Below, in pieces: positions 8,468 to 14,096 of a stretch of DNA of 20,000 bases. The translations under genes and the position numbers were made by a program. Position 1 is the first letter of the stretch. Every line of letters starts with the position of its first letter. The DNA is from an uncultured virus (IMG/VR IMGVR_UViG_3300044641_002811) (Duplodnaviria; Heunggongvirae; Uroviricota; Caudoviricetes), in the IMG/VR virus record IMGVR_UViG_3300044641_002811; one strand, written 5' to 3'. Below the pieces are notes generated by a model. The model saw only the letters and a program-made list of their open reading frames with translations, ran no database searches and was not told where the DNA came from.

Positions 8468-8514
8468 ACAGGGATTCCAGCCGATCTCATTGCTGAGATC
8501 CGCCCTGCGAAATC

Positions 8515-8523
8515 ACCATAGCA
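8515..8523 (-). promoter_or_regulatory. Possible extended -10 element upstream of the tRNA half
   Basis: TGCTATGGT (TGn + TATGGT) about 48 nt upstream of the tRNA 5' end; no convincing -35. Confidence 0.35.
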
Positions 8524-8552
8524 GGCTGTGGCGGGATTGGCGTAGACAACCA

Positions 8553-9470
8553 TTAGATGTTGTTGGCTGTGCTCAAAACGGCGTCCTGTGTGTTATGGAC
8601 GTACCGCTCGGTGGTCTCCACTCGCTTGTGACCCATAGCGGCCTTGACGTGCATCAAGGGTGCACCGGCTGCGATCTGCCACGTCCCGAAGGTGTGACGC
8701 AGTGTGTGGAAGACATACGATTCATCAATGTAGGGATCCAATCGGATCGCCTTGTCCCTCACTTTGTTGAAGTGACGGTTGATGATCTGACGGCTGTACC
8801 ACACCTCACCAAAGACCAGATCCATTGCGTCCTTGCCATGGAGTCGCCGTTGGAGCATCTCCACGATCTTGTCGTTGATGCCCACCTGGCGGTAGTTCTT
8901 GGCCTTGGTCACGGAATCAGGTGTACCACCGATGTGAATGACAGGCTGTTGCGGCCTGAAGTCCACGTCCCTGACCTTGAGTTTGCGTAACTCTGCTTGC
9001 CGTGCTCCGGTATACACCGCTGCACGAATCAGGTCAGCCAACTCGAAGTCACCCCGTTCACAGGCAAGGTTGGTGAGCAACGTCACCTGCTCTTTGGTGA
9101 ACCAGTTGGTGCGTCCTTCCCCTTCCTTGTAGCGTTGAATGACAGGAATGGCGTTGATGTACCCGTCCCTGGCTGCGATCTTGAGGACCATGCTAATCGT
9201 TGAGATGAAACGATTGGCAGAACCATTTGACCAACTGTAGCTGTCTACAGCATCTTGAACCACCGCTTTTATGAACGGTGTGTTGATGATTGTGAGGGCA
9301 GGATCACCAGCGATTTCTTCAAACTGTTTGGCGTGACGAATCACGTTCATACCGTTTGCTGTCTTGGGATCCCATTGCTGGGTCAAGGCATGTTCAAACG
9401 CTTGGCTAAACGTCTTGATCGACGTTTTCTTGGGGATGCGGTCAAGGATGCGTTGGGTTCGCTTATCCAT
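8553..9470 (-). CDS. int: Tyrosine recombinase / phage integrase
   Basis: Catalytic residues all present: R (TGARQAEL), K (TKAK), HxxR (FHTLRH), H (MGH), Y (ERYVH). Confidence 0.95.
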   Translation of the reverse strand: MDKRTQRILDRIPKKTSIKTFSQAFEHALTQQWDPKTANGMNVIRHAKQFEEIAGDPALTIINTPFIKAVVQDAVDSYSWSNGSANRFISTISMVLKIAARDGYINAIPVIQRYKEGEGRTNWFTKEQVTLLTNLACERGDFELADLIRAAVYTGARQAELRKLKVRDVDFRPQQPVIHIGGTPDSVTKAKNYRQVGINDKIVEMLQRRLHGKDAMDLVFGEVWYSRQIINRHFNKVRDKAIRLDPYIDESYVFHTLRHTFGTWQIAAGAPLMHVKAAMGHKRVETTERYVHNTQDAVLSTANNI

Positions 9471-9816
9471 AGAGGGTTGATTCGATTTGTCGGATTAAAT
9501 CGTGGCCTCGTTTGGTTAACCGTAGAGTCAACCTTTTTCTGTCGATAGGGTCTACCTCCTTGGTGATAAGATCCATCCCTGGCTTACCTAGATAATGCTC
9601 ACTTGTCAGTCGAGCAATGTTTCGACTGCTGCTCGCAGTAGTGAGTCCTAAGTCCTCCTCTAATGCTTGCTTGTGGCAATTATCGTGGCTTGCAATGTAG
9701 AAAAAACAAGCCAAAGCTTGGGCTGGTACTGATCGGTCAAGTACCCTCAACAATTCCATGACCCGAAGCATCCGCTCCATGTCTGGATTAGTGCGGGTCC
9801 TCCGTAATGGGTCCAT
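9463..9816 (-). CDS. MarR-like winged-helix transcriptional regulator
   Basis: HTH segment (KQALEEDLGLTTASSSRNIARL) and wing (DPIDRKRLTLRLTKRG) typical of the MarR family; overlaps the int start. Confidence 0.85.
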   Translation of the reverse strand: MDPLRRTRTNPDMERMLRVMELLRVLDRSVPAQALACFFYIASHDNCHKQALEEDLGLTTASSSRNIARLTSEHYLGKPGMDLITKEVDPIDRKRLTLRLTKRGHDLIRQIESTLYG

Positions 9817-9955
9817 GATCCTTGTATTGGATACAGTCCCATTCTAGACGCAGCCTACCGAAGTGGATAATCCATGCAGTGGTGGTACGCCATATGTGCT
9901 GGAAGCTTGCGTCATCCAGCCCCACATATAGGCGACCGAAACTGATTAGCGTCAC
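9788..9955 (-). CDS. Small hypothetical protein (55 aa)
   Basis: GTG start overlapping the upstream TGA, with GGAGG 7 nt upstream. MTLISFGRLYVGLDDASFQHIWRTTTAWIIHFGRLRLEWDCIQYKDHGPITEDPH*; internal FGRL repeat. Confidence 0.55.
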   Translation of the reverse strand: MTLISFGRLYVGLDDASFQHIWRTTTAWIIHFGRLRLEWDCIQYKDHGPITEDPH

Positions 9956-10104
9956 TGATGGGCCTCCGTCCAGGCTGTAGATAGTACAAAGGTATCATCC
10001 ACAAGCTGCTCATGGGCGAGTTTGAACAGCTCATCTCGATGCGGATGCTGCATAATTTGATCTTTGAGTTGAGCGAGGCGGCGCTCAAAGGTGGTTTCAC
10101 TCAT
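9952..10104 (-). CDS. Small early hypothetical protein (50 aa)
   Basis: MSETTFERRLAQLKDQIMQHPHRDELFKLAHEQLVDD...; start trimmed to ATG 10104, which overlaps the end of the upstream gene. Confidence 0.65.
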   Translation of the reverse strand: MSETTFERRLAQLKDQIMQHPHRDELFKLAHEQLVDDTFVLSTAWTEAHQ

Positions 10105-10411
10105 CGGTGACGGTGTGTGGATAGAGGTAGTGGATAGATTCGTCATCAGCCACAACAAACTCAACGTCTGGTGTGTTGATTAACTCGTTGACCTTGGCCT
10201 GAGCAGCATGGTGCTTTTGGTACACATACTCCTTGACCTTCTTGGTCTTGAGGTTTGTTGCACGGATAATGCAACATACAGAACTCGGTAACTCCCATCC
10301 CCCAACCTTCCAAGACATCACTTCTTCAAAGGTGTGAGGAATGAAGTCGCTGTCGTCTGCGTCCTTGTACTCTTGCCAGTTATTTGGATAGTAGGGCTTC
10401 TTACCACTCAT
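10097..10411 (-). CDS. Early hypothetical protein (104 aa) of a type seen in cyanopodoviruses
   Basis: MSGKKPYYPNNWQEYKDA...WELPSSVCCIIR; start trimmed to ATG 10411. Confidence 0.75.
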   Translation of the reverse strand: MSGKKPYYPNNWQEYKDADDSDFIPHTFEEVMSWKVGGWELPSSVCCIIRATNLKTKKVKEYVYQKHHAAQAKVNELINTPDVEFVVADDESIHYLYPHTVTDE

Positions 10412-10559
10412 CAGACTTAAATACTTGGATAGTTTGTGTAGATAACTGAGCACCGGACAATTCATAACAAGCCAAAAGGGCACGTTCTTGATTGGCGGCC
10501 ATGACGTGGTAGACCTGGCCACTGGCTGCTACACATTTGAATTGTTGGAGACTACCCAT
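10401..10559 (-). CDS. Small early hypothetical protein (52 aa)
   Basis: MGSLQQFKCVAASGQVYHVMAANQERALLACYELS...DEW; overlaps the next start. Confidence 0.6.
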   Translation of the reverse strand: MGSLQQFKCVAASGQVYHVMAANQERALLACYELSGAQLSTQTIQVFKSDEW

Positions 10560-10588
10560 ATAATCTGATGGGAGAAAAATAGACAAAC

Positions 10589-10750
10589 CTACTTCTCCGT
10601 ATCAAATGTGAACAGGGAGTCCAGTTCAAGCCAGATAGCGCTCTCAATGTCCTGTTGAAGTAACATGTTCTCTACGTCATGACGACGTAAACCTGCTGTT
10701 ACTCCACGTTCGATACACTCAGACACAATGGCGTAGATGTTGGGTTGCAT
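10589..10750 (-). CDS. Small early hypothetical protein (53 aa)
   Basis: MQPNIYAIVSECIERGV...FTFDTEK, with AAGGA upstream. The longer ORF-track version runs across a terminator. Confidence 0.65.
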   Translation of the reverse strand: MQPNIYAIVSECIERGVTAGLRRHDVENMLLQQDIESAIWLELDSLFTFDTEK

Positions 10751-10797
10751 GAACTGCGTCCTTGCTTTGATGATTGTGAACGTTGGATCTTGGGCAC

Positions 10798-10823
10798 AAA
10801 AAAACACGGGTGTTATCCCGTGT
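10798..10823 (-). terminator. Intrinsic terminator in the early region
   Basis: Minus strand ACACGGG-ATAACA-CCCGTGT followed by TTTTTT. Confidence 0.8.
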
Positions 10824-10832
10824 CTATTGATA

Positions 10833-11018
10833 TCACTGACGATACATGCAATAGGCATCATCAATCAGCGATAGCTTGGCTTCATCAACGCAGCCAATGT
10901 ATTGCAGATGCCTAGACATAGCAGCTGTAGCTGATAGACAGCCAACAGTCGCTAATGTGTAGACACCACAAGCAGCAGCAAAGATACCAAGCTTCTTGAA
11001 CACTTGATGTGCGTCCAT
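10833..11018 (-). CDS. Small early protein with a predicted transmembrane/signal segment (61 aa)
   Basis: MDAHQVFKKLGIFAAACGVYTLATVGCLSATAAM...: basic N-region followed by a hydrophobic stretch. Confidence 0.55.
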   Translation of the reverse strand: MDAHQVFKKLGIFAAACGVYTLATVGCLSATAAMSRHLQYIGCVDEAKLSLIDDAYCMYRQ

Positions 11019-11091
11019 GATTGTTAGCGGTGGAGAATGTACAGAGAGATTGCTAATGCAATCAGTGCAGGGAAGGGAAGGAGAATGGCCA

Positions 11092-11286
11092 TTAGTTTTG
11101 ATGTGAATGCAAAACTTCTTGGACAATCAGATCTTGTTCCATGCGATCCAACTGCACCCACTGCTGCCATGTTGTCAGCTCTTCACTGACACACAGGTTT
11201 GCAACTTTTCTGGCTAGACTATCGTCGATGTTGTATTGAGATCCGATGTAGTACATCAGACCATCGAACGATTCAACGGAAGACAT
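11092..11286 (-). CDS. Early hypothetical protein (64 aa)
   Basis: ORF track; AAGGA 7 nt upstream of the ATG. Confidence 0.65.
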   Translation of the reverse strand: MSSVESFDGLMYYIGSQYNIDDSLARKVANLCVSEELTTWQQWVQLDRMEQDLIVQEVLHSHQN

Positions 11287-11378
11287 GCTGTGTCCTTGGT
11301 GAAGTGAACGAGGGTGAGTCCCTCAGAAAGCCCATCCCACCACATACGGATGCGGACAGAATGGGCAATAGGAGAGAG

Positions 11379-11708
11379 TCAAAGGAATGTGAACACGTAT
11401 CCGTTCTCATTGGCCATGCAGCCAACAAGCTTGAAAGAACCATTGATCTCCGGCACTTGCTTAAGCAGATATTGCCAAGCAGCGTTGAAGTGATTCTCTT
11501 GTGTGTTCAGTGAGTGGTCATACCCAAAGGATTGTGCACGCTGTGTGCGTCCTGGGAATTTGCACTTGATGCGGCCTTCGTTGTACCCAGTCTCAATGGA
11601 CCAAGCCCAACCAGGAGCCATCTTGATGATCTCTTGAATATCAATACCATTCATTGGCTGAGTGGTCTTGATCTGTGGTGCAGCAGTGTTGCTGAACTCG
11701 ATGGTCAT
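11379..11708 (-). CDS. Early hypothetical protein (109 aa)
   Basis: MTIEFSNTAAPQ...GYDHSLNTQENHFNAA...GYVFTFL; start trimmed to ATG 11708. Confidence 0.7.
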   Translation of the reverse strand: MTIEFSNTAAPQIKTTQPMNGIDIQEIIKMAPGWAWSIETGYNEGRIKCKFPGRTQRAQSFGYDHSLNTQENHFNAAWQYLLKQVPEINGSFKLVGCMANENGYVFTFL

Positions 11709-11791
11709 TGTGTGTACCAGAGCGGACAGAGTAAGTAGCACTGTGAAGGCTACAGAAAGGGAGACACATGGTGCGTCCCTGAGTGTAGACA

Positions 11792-11980
11792 TCAAGCGGC
11801 CTCTTCTTCGCTTGCTTCAATCTCTTCTACCCAACGAATTGATAGATCTTCAAGTTGATCTTCATCTATGTATTCTCCAAGGTAGATCTGGAGATCAGAG
11901 ACAAGACCTTCTAGATCATCGTTGTCTAGATAGTATTTGAAAGCAGCGGTCAGATGCACGTCTGTGTACGTGGTCTGCAT
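11792..11980 (-). CDS. First early gene: very acidic 62-aa protein (possible DNA mimic)
   Basis: MQTTYTD...EEIEASEEEAA; 18 D/E against 2 K/R. Confidence 0.7.
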   Translation of the reverse strand: MQTTYTDVHLTAAFKYYLDNDDLEGLVSDLQIYLGEYIDEDQLEDLSIRWVEEIEASEEEAA

Positions 11981-12202
11981 GGTGTTGCGTCCGTGATCAG
12001 GTGGAGCAGTGCGAACACTGCAGAAAGCCTTCACACCGCATACGGACGCGGATAGAAGGCAGAGTGCAATGATCAAACAAAGCGTGTTGCTCCGCTTGCT
12101 ACTGCTTGTGCTCCTCGCGGTCAGAGACCCATGCCGCTAGTCGTCACCACTGGTTGACCCAGTAACGGAGCTACTATTAAGTTGTCGATGTTCGATGGGC
12201 TG

Positions 12203-12231
12203 ACTGTATACCAGAGCGGATACAGCGTCAA
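12203..12231 (-). promoter_or_regulatory. Host sigma70-type early promoter
   Basis: TTGACG-17 nt-TACAGT on the minus strand, upstream of the first early gene. The spacer holds a TRTCCRC-N4-GTA motif. Confidence 0.7.
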
Positions 12232-12464
12232 GGTTGGTGTGCCACTTGTTCTGGTGGCTGCAGATAGGTGATGGATCTGCCCAGCATTCGCGCTGGTTCG
12301 CATCGCCTGGGTGCAGTATAGCTACCGATGTGGATAGGACGTGCTGGAACCGTAATATACTGTCACAATGTGGATGGCAACGGCTGAGATCCGTTGGTAT
12401 GACTGGTGTTACGAGTTCGTATCAAGGGAAGGCAGAACAGATGTGTTCACATGACATACGTCTG

Positions 12465-12487
12465 TTATTGCGAACCATTCTCAATAA
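12465..12487. promoter_or_regulatory. Fur-box-like palindrome
   Basis: TTATTGCGAA-CCA-TTCTCAATAA: 10-bp arms with one mismatch. Confidence 0.45.
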
Positions 12488-12489
12488 GC

Positions 12490-12660
12490 GATGCCTGCGG
12501 CCTATGCTGACGCCTGTTTGGTAGCGTAGCGATACACAACAGCACTAGATTTCCTATCTAGTGGCGCCAATACCCCAGGGAAACCGACCCCACACGGGGG
12601 AATCTGCGTCCCTGTATAGCGGTAATAGGCTTTTCAAATTTCTGCCAAAATTTCATCAAG
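12490..12660. other. Probable genome terminus / collapsed terminal repeat
   Basis: Non-coding stretch where end-of-genome genes (terL, thyX) meet the early genes. Contains the palindromes CACTAGAT-TTCCT-ATCTAGTG (12543-12563) and CCCC-ACAC-GGGGG. Boundaries are inferred from gene order only. Confidence 0.55.
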
Positions 12661-12661
12661 G

Positions 12662-12667
12662 TATAAT
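12662..12667 (+). promoter_or_regulatory. -10 element for the RHH gene
   Basis: Perfect TATAAT about 62 nt before the only plus-strand gene; -35 weak (TTTCTG at 17 nt). Confidence 0.5.
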
Positions 12668-12729
12668 GAGGTGGGCCAGCGTAGTTGGAGCTACCTGACC
12701 CGTGACCAACTCAACCATGGATTGAGCTG

Positions 12730-12933
12730 ATGAACTCATTCTCACGACAACCAAGCAATCAGCAAGGTTTGTCTCCTTTTACAACACCATTAACACGCAA
12801 ACCAAGCCGTGTAACGGTCACCATTCCATGGTCATTACGACAAACATTGGAACAACGAAGTGACAAGGAAGGCAGAAGCCTCAGTAACCTCATCGCTTAC
12901 CTTTTAGAACTGTCCTCTGAGAAGCCTCTGTAA
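12730..12933 (+). CDS. Ribbon-helix-helix (CopG/Arc/MetJ-like) DNA-binding protein
   Basis: Beta ribbon RVTVTIP, helix WSLRQTLEQRS, and EGRSLSNLIAYLLE form a classic RHH pattern. Sits in an otherwise empty gap and converges on the next gene. Confidence 0.8.
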   Translation: MNSFSRQPSNQQGLSPFTTPLTRKPSRVTVTIPWSLRQTLEQRSDKEGRSLSNLIAYLLELSSEKPL

Positions 12934-12938
12934 GCTCC

Positions 12939-13247
12939 TTATTTCTCATCATACGTCTCAACATACCACGGAGCCGTTAGACGCATCTCAGGGAGGTTTG
13001 TAGACGTGTCTGACGGCTTTTCTGTGTAGATTGGAGTGACATAATCAGGTGCAGGTGGTTGAAGCGTTTCCCATTCCTTAATCGCTTCATCCAACTCAAC
13101 CTTCACGCGGTTGTTGATGAGCTTCTCCTCCAACCAAACCAGAAGACCAAGCAGTAGATGATCTACCCATGGGATTTTTGTCTTCCATGCTTTGTACAGA
13201 GCTTTGAACTCATTTAGTCTGAGTCCTTTGACCACATTGCTTTGCAT
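12939..13247 (-). CDS. Hypothetical protein (about 102 aa)
   Basis: ORF track; overlaps the thyX 3' end; start uncertain. Confidence 0.65.
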   Translation of the reverse strand: MQSNVVKGLRLNEFKALYKAWKTKIPWVDHLLLGLLVWLEEKLINNRVKVELDEAIKEWETLQPPAPDYVTPIYTEKPSDTSTNLPEMRLTAPWYVETYDEK

Positions 13248-13861
13248 ACATTCGGTACAAACTGATACAGCAAATCTTGAATCTGACCAGCAATCACAGC
13301 ATGTTCCTTCTGAGTACCATGACCAGTCCTCAGATCACAGTAATGCAACCACGACCTAATCGAACCATTCATGTACAACTTAGTCGGAGCTGCCATTGGC
13401 AACACTTCTCGTGCACACTCCTTAGCTACCCCGGCTGCTACCAGTTCTTTGTAGAGACCATAACAGTCAGAGTAAAGACTACCAATCCTGAACTGGAAGT
13501 GTTTCTTCAACACATCATCCAGATCATCAATGGAGTTCTGACGGTTCTTTTCATCTTGTCTCCGTAGCTCTGGGATACCGGCATGTTTCTCTACCTTGGC
13601 ATACCGTTGAGAGAACTCCTGAAAGGAGAACGACCTATGCCGAAGGATCTGTGCTGCAATACTCCGTGTAGTCTCAATAGACACACACATGTTCACCATT
13701 TCAAATGGAGACCAGTGTTGATGATCAATGAGATACTTAATCAACCTAGCACTTGTCTGAGTGTTGGATTGATTGGAAGGATTAGAGACTCTTGCCATGT
13801 AAGCAATGAGATCTTCTGCATCAGGAGTGATGTGTACAAGTGATGCTTGGTGGATGGTCAT
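13214..13861 (-). CDS. thyX: FAD-dependent thymidylate synthase ThyX
   Basis: ARVS, HWSPFE, ThyX motif RHRSFSFQEFSQRY, ECAREVLP, LR....TQKEH. Confidence 0.96.
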   Translation of the reverse strand: MTIHQASLVHITPDAEDLIAYMARVSNPSNQSNTQTSARLIKYLIDHQHWSPFEMVNMCVSIETTRSIAAQILRHRSFSFQEFSQRYAKVEKHAGIPELRRQDEKNRQNSIDDLDDVLKKHFQFRIGSLYSDCYGLYKELVAAGVAKECAREVLPMAAPTKLYMNGSIRSWLHYCDLRTGHGTQKEHAVIAGQIQDLLYQFVPNVCKAMWSKDSD

Positions 13862-14056
13862 TGGTGGGTAGAATGGTGGTTCTAAGTTGTTGTTATATAC
13901 ACTTGGTGCGGGATGATCTGTTGGTCACTCATTGACCATCTGTATCATCCATCACCAGTCTTTTAGAAGGCAGTGAGGAGGTGGTTAGAAGATTGGTTGG
14001 ATCTGTACTATTGGTACAATCGGGATGTGCTTCCATCGCACATCAGTACTAACAGT

Positions 14057-14096
14057 AAAAGGGGAGGACTAACATCAGTTGATGTTTGTCTTCCCC
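14057..14096 (-). terminator. Long hairpin with T-tract downstream of terL
   Basis: Minus strand GGGGAAGACAAACATC-AACT-GATGTTAGTCCTCCCC-TTTT. Confidence 0.5.

Larger units (their letters stand above)
5081..12336 (-). repeat. Dispersed motif TRTCCRC-N4-GTA (8 exact copies plus 1 with a single mismatch)
   Basis: Exact copies at 5081-5094, 6086-6099, 9856-9869, 11345-11358, 11715-11728, 12041-12054, 12209-12222 and 12323-12336; near-match at 8343-8356. All in the same orientation. Confidence 0.75.

Noticed and set aside
8048..8990. Plus-strand ORFs across attP and int (128 and 166 aa) and minus ORF 8119-8427 as a possible excisionase
   Set aside because: They overlap RNAP, int or the terminator and show no HTH pattern.
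9862..10138. TATCCAC copies as DnaA boxes (TTATCCACA)
   Set aside because: No perfect box was seen, and most copies share an extra N4-GTA and allow G at two positions, which fits a separate motif better. The two copies near 10116-10138 lack GTA and remain unexplained.
12352..12380. Second sigma70 promoter TTGCCA...TATATT on the minus strand
   Set aside because: The spacer is only 15 nt, and the hexamer at 17 nt (TATTAC) is poor; not enough support to list.
12121..12524. ORFs 12121-12303 (-) and 12234-12524 (+)
   Set aside because: They run across promoter and motif sites near the terminus, with no RBS or protein-like features.
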